A DNA stretch of 14,408 nt from an uncultured Deinococcales bacterium (GTDB lineage Bacteria; Deinococcota; Deinococci; Deinococcales; JAAFIG01): assembly GCA_964244895.1 (NCBI GenBank), contig CAXTKV010000033.1:18940-33347 (forward strand). Direction: 5' to 3'. Made by a program: the position numbers and the translations under genes. This document shows, in pieces, positions 7,503 through 14,408 of the stretch. Below the pieces are notes generated by a model. It saw only the letters and a list, made by a program, of their open reading frames with translations, had not been told where the DNA came from and searched no databases. Numbering within the stretch: position 1 is the first letter of the stretch; the number at the start of each line of letters is the position of its first letter.

Positions 7503-8741
7503 TCACCGCAGATTCCGCACGGCGGGCGCGATCAACCCGAGGCTCGCCAGGATCGTCGTGGACGCACCGCACGCGAGCAGCGCGTCGGTGAATCCGATCC
7601 GTTCCGCGAGCGCGCCCACCACGATGAACCCGACGGGCAAGAGCGCGAACGATCCGAGCATGTCCACGCTGGCCACGCGCCCCAGAGCCTCGGTCGGCAC
7701 GAGTTCTTGAAGGGTAGATTCCCAGACCACGCCGAAAACCACGATGCTGGCGCCCATGAGGGCCGCTGCGATCACCGCGATCGGCAGCGTAGGCGATAAC
7801 GCCAGCGCGATCAGGCACAGACCGCTCACGATCACGCCCGCGTAGGCTGTCGCGCCGCGTCTCGAGATGTGTCTTATGCGCCCGAGAACGAAGGCTCCGA
7901 TCAGTGCGCCCGCCGCCGTGCCGGACAGGATTAACCCCAGAAACCGAGCATCCCCGAAGCGTTCTTTCGCCAGGAGCGGCAGCAATATCGCCGTGCCGAC
8001 CGCCACAAAAACGTTGACGAAGGCGAAGATCGAGATCGTGATCCACAACCACGGCTGGTGCGCGACCAAGCGGAAGCCCCCGAGAATATCCGTCCAGAAC
8101 GAGGGTTTCGGGGCGCTCGAGGAGCCCTCGATGCCTCGAGGTCGCGACCGCACGGCCAGAACGCAGGCCGAGCCGACCAGGAATGAGATCGCATCGAAGC
8201 CGAGCGCGAGCGACATTCCGCCCAGGCCGATCAACGCGCCCGCGAAGGCCGGGCCGAGAATTCCGTTCGTCTCGTTGGCGAAAGCGCGCAGGGCGTTCGC
8301 CGGAACGAGCAGGTTTTTGGGGACGAGTTCCGGCAGGATGCTCTGCGAGGCGGGCAAGAAAAACGCGCTACAGACGCCCAGGCAAGCGTAGAGCGCGTAC
8401 AGGTGATTCATCTCGAGCCGATGGAGCGCGAGCAGCATCACGACTGCGCCGATCCCGAGGGCGCTGATCGCGTCCGTCACGATCATGGTCGCGCGCCTCG
8501 AGAAGCGATCCACGAGCGCGCCACCGACCAGTAAGAACGCGAGCTGTGTCAGGCTCAAGACCGCTGCCAGCCGCGCGAGTTCCGCGGCGGAACCACCGAG
8601 TTGCAGCACCAGGAACGGCATGGCGACGGCGGAAACCCGGTCGCCGAGCCTCGAGACGGTCTGCCCGATGAGGAACAAACCAAACGCGGGTTCGCGCAAA
8701 GGGCGTGCGAGATTCTCGCCGATCAAGCGCCGGATTCTCAT
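7503..8741 (-). CDS. MFS transporter (DHA3/MefA-like exporter)
   Basis: IGQTVSRLGD, motif A GGALVDRFSRR, FFLPASQSILPELVP, LQELVP-LGRV; about 12 TM segments, 412 aa. Confidence 0.92.
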   Translation of the reverse strand: MRIRRLIGENLARPLREPAFGLFLIGQTVSRLGDRVSAVAMPFLVLQLGGSAAELARLAAVLSLTQLAFLLVGGALVDRFSRRATMIVTDAISALGIGAVVMLLALHRLEMNHLYALYACLGVCSAFFLPASQSILPELVPKNLLVPANALRAFANETNGILGPAFAGALIGLGGMSLALGFDAISFLVGSACVLAVRSRPRGIEGSSSAPKPSFWTDILGGFRLVAHQPWLWITISIFAFVNVFVAVGTAILLPLLAKERFGDARFLGLILSGTAAGALIGAFVLGRIRHISRRGATAYAGVIVSGLCLIALALSPTLPIAVIAAALMGASIVVFGVVWESTLQELVPTEALGRVASVDMLGSFALLPVGFIVVGALAERIGFTDALLACGASTTILASLGLIAPAVRNLR

Positions 8742-8757
8742 GCCCGGAGTCTCGAGT

Positions 8758-8763
8758 TAGGCT
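8758..8763 (+). promoter_or_regulatory. -10 box TAGGCT, probable leaderless promoter of the regulator gene
   Basis: TANNNT 7 nt upstream of ATG 8771, no SD, inside a 29-bp divergent gap. Confidence 0.55.
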
Positions 8764-8770
8764 GCTTGAA

Positions 8771-9424
8771 ATGAAACGCGCAAGATCGAGCAGCTTTGAG
8801 GTCACGGACGATAATGCGATCCGGTTGTTGTGGGATGCGGCTCAACTCCAGTATTTTGCGCCGTTCATCGCGCGGGATTGCACCGTCCATCAGGCCGCGC
8901 GCGAGACGGACTGCAAGCCGAACACGATGTACGCGCGGGTGCGGCGTTACCTGAAGCTCGGGTTGCTCCGCGTGGTGCGCGAGGAATCCAGGGATGGGCG
9001 CGCGATCAAGGTCTACCGTTCCGTGGCTGACGAACTGATCGTGCGGCTCGAAGGTGTCTGGGACGAGCACGCAAATCGTGGCTGGTCGAGCTTCTTCGAG
9101 CGGGCGATGGCGCACGGGATGCGGTACACCTTCGCGGCCTCGAGAGGCCGGACTGAGCACTACTACCGCAACCAGGACGGTGTATTCTCGACCCACGTCA
9201 ACTTCGGTGATTCTACCGACTCGATTCTGTCGCTGGGGCCGGACGAACCCGCGATTCACAACTCGATGCACGATTCCGTGTACCTGGATTTCGCGGATGC
9301 CAAGGCGTTCCAGCGAGAACTTCACGATCTGACCCGGAAGTATTTCTCGAGGTTCGGCGCACAGCGTTACCTCGTGCGTTTGAACCTCGTGCCCGTCCCA
9401 GAGGAAGCCGAAGCTATTCCGTAG
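8771..9424 (+). CDS. Winged helix-turn-helix (ArsR-like) transcriptional regulator
   Basis: ATG 8771 avoids overlap with the MFS gene. HTH TVHQAARETDCKPNTMYARVRRYLKLGLLRVV plus wing REESRDGRAIKVYRS; divergent from MFS. Confidence 0.8.
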   Translation: MKRARSSSFEVTDDNAIRLLWDAAQLQYFAPFIARDCTVHQAARETDCKPNTMYARVRRYLKLGLLRVVREESRDGRAIKVYRSVADELIVRLEGVWDEHANRGWSSFFERAMAHGMRYTFAASRGRTEHYYRNQDGVFSTHVNFGDSTDSILSLGPDEPAIHNSMHDSVYLDFADAKAFQRELHDLTRKYFSRFGAQRYLVRLNLVPVPEEAEAIP

Positions 9425-9489
9425 AGAATACCATCCAGGACGCAATTTTTACATCTCGAGAAATACCGTGCTGGACGGTGTTCCTCGAG
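9424..9489. repeat. Palindromic REP-like doublet, locus 4
   Basis: GAGAATACCATCCAGGACGC and the near-full palindrome CTCGAGAAATACCGTGCTGGACGGTGTTCCTCGAG (9455-9489), cores 35 bp apart. Confidence 0.85.
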
Positions 9490-9621
9490 CCTTATCCATT
9501 TGGGAACGCTGCGGGAACGGTGCGTCTCGTACCGTAGCTCGAGGGAATTGTGACGCGCCGTGCGTCCCTCGTTGATCATGCTCGCGCATACTGACAACCA
9601 TCTCGAGCCGGAGGAAAACGC

Positions 9622-11094
9622 GTGAAACACGACTATGGAAACGCCAGGTTAACTTTGGTTGGAACCCTCACCGCGATGGCGCTGGCGGGCGTCGTGACGG
9701 TCGCCGCGAGCGGATTCCAGACCGCGCCGCAGCTCGCGCAATCGCGCAGCAGCGTCTGGCCGACGTACCACAAGGACGTTCAGCCGATCATCCAAGCGCA
9801 GTGCGCGAGTTGCCACACCGACGGAGGCATCGCGCCGTTCGCGTTGACGGATGCCAAGGAGGTCACGGCGCGGGCCGCCGACATTGCGCGCGTGGTCAAG
9901 AACAAATCCATGCCGCCGTGGATGCCGGGGCCGGACAGCGCGAAATTCATGCACGAGCGCAAACTCAGCGTCGCGGAGCGCACGACCATCGCAGATTGGG
10001 TGGTTGGTGGCGCCAAGCTCGGTGATCCGGTCTCGAGTACGACCGCCGGCGCCGCGCCGAAACAGAAGCCGGACGCGACGTTGAGCATGCAGCCGTACAC
10101 GCCCTCGAACAAATCGCAGGACGATTACCGCTGTTTTCTGATCGACCCGAAAGTCACCGAAGACCGCTTCGTGACGGGTTTCCGGATCAATCCAGGTTCC
10201 ACCAGCGTGGTGCATCACGTGATCGTCTACAAGATGGAGGGCGATGACGCCGCAAAAGCCACCGCGCTCGACCAGCAGACGGGCGGCAAGGGCTGGACGT
10301 GCTTCGGTGGGCCGAACATCCCGGATTCGCCGCGCGCGGGCGGCAACTGGTTGGGCGCGTGGGTTCCCGGAAGCGGCGAAGTAGAGAACCGCGAGGGCAC
10401 GGGCGTACCGCTTCCGAAGGGCACGAAGCTGGTCTTGCAGATGCACTACAACCTCGCCAACGGCGTGAAACCCGACCAGACGAGCGTGGATCTGTTCTAC
10501 GCGCCAGAAGGGGCGAAGCTCCAACCGATCCGCACGGCGTTGCTGCTCGCGCCCGTCGAACTGCCGTGCCCGAAAGGGGTCGCGGACGCGCTGTGCGAGC
10601 GCAGCGCGTCCTTGAAGGACAACGCCGCCAAGTTCGGCGAACGCAACGCGTTGATCCCGGATTTCTTGTTGCGCGGCTGCAAGAAAACCCTGCTCGATTA
10701 CGCCGACGCGGGCGATGCCAGCAACGTCCCGTCATCGTGCGATTACACGCTGCCCGCGACCGCCAAAGCCTTCACGCTCTACGGTCTGGCCGAACACATG
10801 CACCTGCGCGGACGCTCGAGCACCATCGAACTGAACCCCGGCACGCCCAACGCCAGGATGCTCTTGGACATTCCAAAGTGGGATTTCAACTGGCAGGGTT
10901 TCTATCAGCTTCAAACGCCCGTGGTGATCAAGGCGGGCGATACCATCCGCCTGTCCTGCCACCACGACAACTCGATGGCGAACGCGTCCGCGACCGGAAA
11001 CTGGGCCTCAAGTCAACACCGTTACATCGTCTGGGGCGAGGGTACAGAGGACGAGATGTGCCTGGGCGTGCTGTCCGTCGGCCCGGCTGAATAA
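9622..11094 (+). CDS. Secreted copper type II (PHM/DBM-like) monooxygenase with N-terminal c-type heme domain
   Basis: GGAGGA RBS, GTG start and hydrophobic signal segment. CASCH (9802-9816) with downstream MPPW; DDYRCF; VHHVIV and QMHYN (CuH); HMHLRG and EDEMC (CuM); WDFNWQ. Confidence 0.85.
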   Translation: MKHDYGNARLTLVGTLTAMALAGVVTVAASGFQTAPQLAQSRSSVWPTYHKDVQPIIQAQCASCHTDGGIAPFALTDAKEVTARAADIARVVKNKSMPPWMPGPDSAKFMHERKLSVAERTTIADWVVGGAKLGDPVSSTTAGAAPKQKPDATLSMQPYTPSNKSQDDYRCFLIDPKVTEDRFVTGFRINPGSTSVVHHVIVYKMEGDDAAKATALDQQTGGKGWTCFGGPNIPDSPRAGGNWLGAWVPGSGEVENREGTGVPLPKGTKLVLQMHYNLANGVKPDQTSVDLFYAPEGAKLQPIRTALLLAPVELPCPKGVADALCERSASLKDNAAKFGERNALIPDFLLRGCKKTLLDYADAGDASNVPSSCDYTLPATAKAFTLYGLAEHMHLRGRSSTIELNPGTPNARMLLDIPKWDFNWQGFYQLQTPVVIKAGDTIRLSCHHDNSMANASATGNWASSQHRYIVWGEGTEDEMCLGVLSVGPAE

Positions 11095-11408
11095 CCCTGG
11101 CTCGAGACCTCGCCCTGTTTCCTACCGAGGCGAAGAGGGATCATTCGCACGGTATTGGCAACTGCTGGAGAGGCCGCTGGGTCAAAAGGAATTCTGCTGG
11201 ACACGCGCCTTTCTCACGTTAGCCACCGACCGACATCGGACGACAACGCGCCAAGATAAACTTTGTTCATCTTGGGCTCACGCCCAACTCGCCTTCTGCG
11301 CGTTGAGCAGTTGGTATGGTGAAACGCGGTTCGCTGGACGCACCCAGAGTCAAACGCACCTGGAAGCCCAGCCGAGGCCGCTCGAGAATGCACCACAGGA
11401 GGACGTGT

Positions 11409-11867
11409 ATGTCAGAGCAGACCAACCGCCGCACTGTCGTGAAAGCCATCGCCGTGGGAAGCGCCAGCCTCGCCCTGGGCCGCACCCCGACCTTCGCGCA
11501 AGCCGCCAAGGAAGTCAAAATCGGTGAGCTGAAAACCCTCGAGAAGGACTACGATTCGACCGCTTTCGATTACGACGGCGCCGCATCGCTGCTCGTGCGC
11601 GTCCCCGCGCCCGCCAAGGAAGACGCGCGGATCATGGAAGCCGACAAGGAAAAAAAGATTTACCTGACCGCCTACACGCTGGTCTGCACGCACGCCGGTT
11701 GCAAGCCCGGCGCGCCCAACAAAGATCACCAGCTGGTCTGCCCGTGCCACGGCAGCACCTTCAACGCTGACGGCACCGTCGCCAAGGGCCCGGCTAAATT
11801 GCCCTTGGCTGGCCTCAAGCTCGAGGTGCGTCAGGGCGTGGTGTACGCCGTCGGCAAGATGGCCTGA
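11409..11867 (+). CDS. Tat-exported Rieske [2Fe-2S] protein
   Basis: AGGAGG RBS at 11397-11402, ATG 11409. TNRRTVVK twin-arginine leader; CTHAGC and CPCHGS boxes; GPA..PL. Confidence 0.92.
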   Translation: MSEQTNRRTVVKAIAVGSASLALGRTPTFAQAAKEVKIGELKTLEKDYDSTAFDYDGAASLLVRVPAPAKEDARIMEADKEKKIYLTAYTLVCTHAGCKPGAPNKDHQLVCPCHGSTFNADGTVAKGPAKLPLAGLKLEVRQGVVYAVGKMA

Positions 11868-11886
11868 TTCAGCATTGCTGCGCTGC

Positions 11887-11920
11887 CGGGCCTCGAGATG
11901 CGTCTCGAGGCCCGTTTTTT
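11887..11920 (+). terminator. Rho-independent terminator after the Rieske gene
   Basis: Perfect 12-bp stem CGGGCCTCGAGA-TGCG-TCTCGAGGCCCG followed by T6. Confidence 0.88.
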
Positions 11921-12065
11921 GCTCGTTGGGTTTCCCGCAGAGTCGATCTCGAGAAGCGCATACTGGCCTTCGTGTGATTCGTACGGGCGCTCGTGTCACG
12001 GCCAGCGGTCTGTTCTCCATCACACGGCGCAACAATGTGTGACGGGAACGACCGTCACAACCACG

Positions 12066-12108
12066 CCTCGAGATTCAGCGTGCGGCGCGGGAACCCTCGA
12101 GATTCAGC
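12066..12108. repeat. 14-bp direct repeat CCTCGAGATTCAGC x2 (29-bp period)
   Basis: 12066-12079 is identical to 12095-12108. Confidence 0.75.
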
Positions 12109-12165
12109 CTGAGCTTCGCGGAAAATCTGTGGGCGCGATCATTGGCTCGAGTTAAAAACCGTAAG

Positions 12166-12215
12166 CACCGTCCAGCACACGATTGTTAGAATGCGTGCTG
12201 GACGGTGTCCTCGAG
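12166..12215. repeat. Palindromic REP-like doublet, locus 5
   Basis: CACCGTCCAGCAC (12166-12178) and GTGCTGGACGGTG (12195-12207) form a perfect 13-bp inverted repeat, followed by TCCTCGAG; cores 25 bp apart. Confidence 0.85.
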
Positions 12216-12224
12216 AAGTACCCG

Positions 12225-13487
12225 TCAAACGATCCCCAGGGGCTTATCAAACTTGAAGCCCGGAAAGACGGCATCCAACTTCTGGTTGCCCATGCGCTTC
12301 GAAAGAATTTCACTGACCACCGTGCGGTAATCGGTGGTCACGGCCAGGTCGGAGCGGTCGTAGAGCTGATCCTGGCCCAAGCCCGGCCACTTGCCGTACA
12401 AGCGCCCGCCGTTGACGCTGCCGCCCAGCACGAACATCAGGCTACCGTGGCCGTGATCGGTGCCGTAACTGGCGTTCTGCGAGAGCCTGCGCCCGAACTC
12501 GCTCATGACGACGACCGTGGTGCGCTTGGCGAGATTGTCGGGCGCGTTCTCGAGGTCGTTGTGGAAGGCGCGCAGGGATTTGGAAAGTTCAAAAAGCAAA
12601 TCCGTGAAGTAGCCCTTACTGCCGTCACCCTGGTACTGGTGCGTGTCCCAGCCGCCGAAATCCACGCTGGCGACGCGCAAACCCAGACCTTGCTTGATGA
12701 TCCGCGCGACCGTCTTGAGGCTCGAGCCGAAGCTGGAATCCTTCGGGTAGTCCGCGCCCTGAGACGGCTGGTATTCCTTGAAGCCCGCCCGAGCGATGGT
12801 CTGCACCGCCGCCAGCGTCTTCTGGCCGGAGCGGTGCAACCAGGTTTCACCGTCGTAGAGGCGCGCCAGGGCGCTCTCGAAGCGCTTGCGGTAGCCCTCG
12901 TCGTCGGAGATCTTGAAATCGTCCGGTGAATCCATCGCCGTCGCGTCCAGCCCGCCCAGCATCGAGGTCGGCAGGCCATCACCGATGGACAGCGCGCTCG
13001 AGAGGACGTTGGTGGCCTTCGAGGCTCTCGGCGCGCTCTGAAGGTGGCGCGTGATCCAGCCCGTTTTCGTCTGGCGGTTGTCCGGCGTGCCGAGTTCCAT
13101 GAACTCCATCGCGTCGAAATGCGAGCGCGTATCCGACGGCATTCCGGTCGCCGGAACGATCGCCATGCGTTTGCCCTGGTACAAATCCATCAACGGCTCG
13201 AGCGCCGGGTGCAGCCCGAACTGGTCGGTCAAGCGGAGCGCCGCGCCCTCGCCGCGCGTGGGAATTTTGATGTTCGGACGCGCCGCCTCGTAGAGCCCGC
13301 GATCCGGGCCGTCGATGACCGGCATGACGTTGAGCGCATCCCACGCCCCGCGCAGGAACACCACCACCAGGATCTGATCGTCGTCCGTCGCCGCGCCCGG
13401 CGCGGCCAGGGCCAGTTGCGTCAACTGGCCGCCCGTCATGGCGGCAATCGCGGTCGAACAGCCCATCAAGAAATCGCGGCGATCCAT
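12225..13487 (-). CDS. DUF1501 domain protein with Tat leader
   Basis: MDRRDFL leader, LVVVFLRGAWDALN, FGLHPAL, TRSHFDAM, GGWDTH, MSEFGRR-N-GTDHGHG, D-TTDYR; AAGGA RBS. Confidence 0.9.
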   Translation of the reverse strand: MDRRDFLMGCSTAIAAMTGGQLTQLALAAPGAATDDDQILVVVFLRGAWDALNVMPVIDGPDRGLYEAARPNIKIPTRGEGAALRLTDQFGLHPALEPLMDLYQGKRMAIVPATGMPSDTRSHFDAMEFMELGTPDNRQTKTGWITRHLQSAPRASKATNVLSSALSIGDGLPTSMLGGLDATAMDSPDDFKISDDEGYRKRFESALARLYDGETWLHRSGQKTLAAVQTIARAGFKEYQPSQGADYPKDSSFGSSLKTVARIIKQGLGLRVASVDFGGWDTHQYQGDGSKGYFTDLLFELSKSLRAFHNDLENAPDNLAKRTTVVVMSEFGRRLSQNASYGTDHGHGSLMFVLGGSVNGGRLYGKWPGLGQDQLYDRSDLAVTTDYRTVVSEILSKRMGNQKLDAVFPGFKFDKPLGIV

Positions 13488-13570
13488 TGGGGTTTCCTTT
13501 CGCGTGTGGGGCGCAGGGGTCGAAAAGAGTCAGGGGTCAGAGGGAAAAGCGAAATGCGAAGTTTACGCGG

Positions 13571-13630
13571 CACCGTCTGGGACAGCATTCTCGAGCAACA
13601 AAATCGTTTGTCTGGGACGGTGTTCTCGAG
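13571..13630. repeat. Palindromic REP-like doublet, locus 6
   Basis: CACCGTCTGGGACAGCATTCTCGAG (13571-13595) and GTCTGGGACGGTGTTCTCGAG (13610-13630), 35-bp period. Confidence 0.85.
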
Positions 13631-13718
13631 TGCGGGGTCGGTCGTGAGGCATTTTGAGGAGTGCGTATCTTGCGCGGTTTTACTTTGACTTCCGACTCTC
13701 CTCGACTCCTGACGATCC

Positions 13719-14342
13719 CTAGCGCCACTGAAAATCCGGCGTCATCAGCACCAACGCCACCGCCTGACGCACGTTCCAGGTCAGGGCATCACCCTCTAAT
13801 GGTTGATCGAGCGGCTGATCCTGGGCGAGCAATTTGATGACTTCGGCGCGGTGTTCAATGCGCAACGGGCGGCCCAGAATCCGGGAAATCCAGAAATCCG
13901 CTAGGGCGTTCGGGGTGCGGATGTTTTCGGGCACGGCCTTGTTGACATCGACCTTGAAGTGTTCCAGGTAGCCGTGAGACGTGCCCAGCGCGAACTGCCA
14001 GCGGCGCAAAATGGATTGCGTGCTGCTCCAGTCGGGGATCGTGTCCGCGTACCCGTCCGGCGGGCGGTGACCGAAGATCGGTTGACCGAACCATTCCGTC
14101 CACCACAACGCATCGTACTTCTCGAAGTTCGCCTCGAGAATCCGCAATGTGGAGACCATCGCCTCGAGGGGACGTTTGATCTTCTCGCCCCAGGTGTTGC
14201 GGAACTCGTCGGACAGCACGATGGCGCGCACGACCTGCTTGAGTTGATCGTGCGCTCTGGCCTGCTCGCGGAAGACGCGGGCCGCCTCCTGAACCAGGCT
14301 GTCCGGCGGGTTGTCGGAAAACAGGCGTCGGAAGAGTTTGCG
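13719..14342 (-). CDS. DUF1800 family protein, C-terminal part (5' end lost in the poly-C end)
   Basis: The frame stays open upstream of GTG 14231: RKLFRRLFSDNPPDSLVQEAARVF...VVRAIVLSDEF...KIKRPLE...GQPIFGHRPPDGY...LMTPDFQWR. It lies directly upstream of DUF1501, its usual partner. Confidence 0.88.
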   Translation of the reverse strand, partial: RKLFRRLFSDNPPDSLVQEAARVFREQARAHDQLKQVVRAIVLSDEFRNTWGEKIKRPLEAMVSTLRILEANFEKYDALWWTEWFGQPIFGHRPPDGYADTIPDWSSTQSILRRWQFALGTSHGYLEHFKVDVNKAVPENIRTPNALADFWISRILGRPLRIEHRAEVIKLLAQDQPLDQPLEGDALTWNVRQAVALVLMTPDFQWR

Positions 14343-14400
14343 CCCCCCCCCCCCCGCCCCTCCCCCCTGCCCCCCCCCCGCGCCCAGCCCGCCCCCGCCA
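14343..14400. other. Low-complexity poly-C tract, probable sequencing/assembly artefact
   Basis: Abrupt switch from coding sequence to C runs at the window end. Confidence 0.75.
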
Positions 14401-14408
14401 TCGTTGAA

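Noticed and set aside
6592..8052. 486-aa minus-strand ORF and other long overlapping ORFs (e.g. 9649-10524, 10299-11090, 12183-12929)
   Set aside because: Antisense or alternate-frame shadows of well-supported genes in GC-rich DNA, with no motifs.
11095..11408. Riboswitch or ncRNA upstream of the Rieske gene
   Set aside because: Only a weak hairpin near 11108-11139; no recognisable aptamer consensus.
11409..11867. petC/qcrA of a cytochrome bc complex
   Set aside because: No cytochrome b or c1 genes adjacent and a terminator follows directly, so no gene symbol was assigned.
1861..13630. Palindromic doublets as CRISPR mini-arrays
   Set aside because: Copies are degenerate, spacers are far shorter than CRISPR spacers, and loci are dispersed as pairs.
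14343..14408. G-quadruplex or Gly-rich N-terminus (ORF 13901-14401)
   Set aside because: It interrupts a conserved DUF1800 frame at the contig end, which is typical of poly-G read-tail artefacts.

Overview
GC-rich bacterial DNA, probably Deinococcota (inferred from leaderless TANNNT -10 boxes just before start codons, a winged-HTH/MFS divergon and strong CTCGAG enrichment). It looks like a whole short contig with a repeat-truncated left end and a poly-C artefact at the right end. Gene content: a small hypothetical gene (-); a + strand cluster of M20 (ArgE/DapE-like) amidohydrolase, family-5 (Dpp/Opp) ABC substrate-binding protein, Rid-family protein, two ABC permeases, an unknown membrane protein and an SDR, with no ABC ATPase genes; a divergent MFS exporter / winged-HTH regulator pair; a secreted PHM/DBM-like copper monooxygenase with an N-terminal CxxCH heme-c domain; a Tat-exported Rieske protein; and a convergent DUF1800 (partial)-DUF1501 pair. 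The main non-genic signal is an intergenic palindromic repeat family (approx. CTCGAGAAYACCGTSCWGSACGGTRTTCTCGAG) occurring as six doublets with core spacings of only 25 or 35-36 bp, often flanked by GGTCAG-type heptamers, against about 60 CTCGAG hexamers in 14.4 kb.
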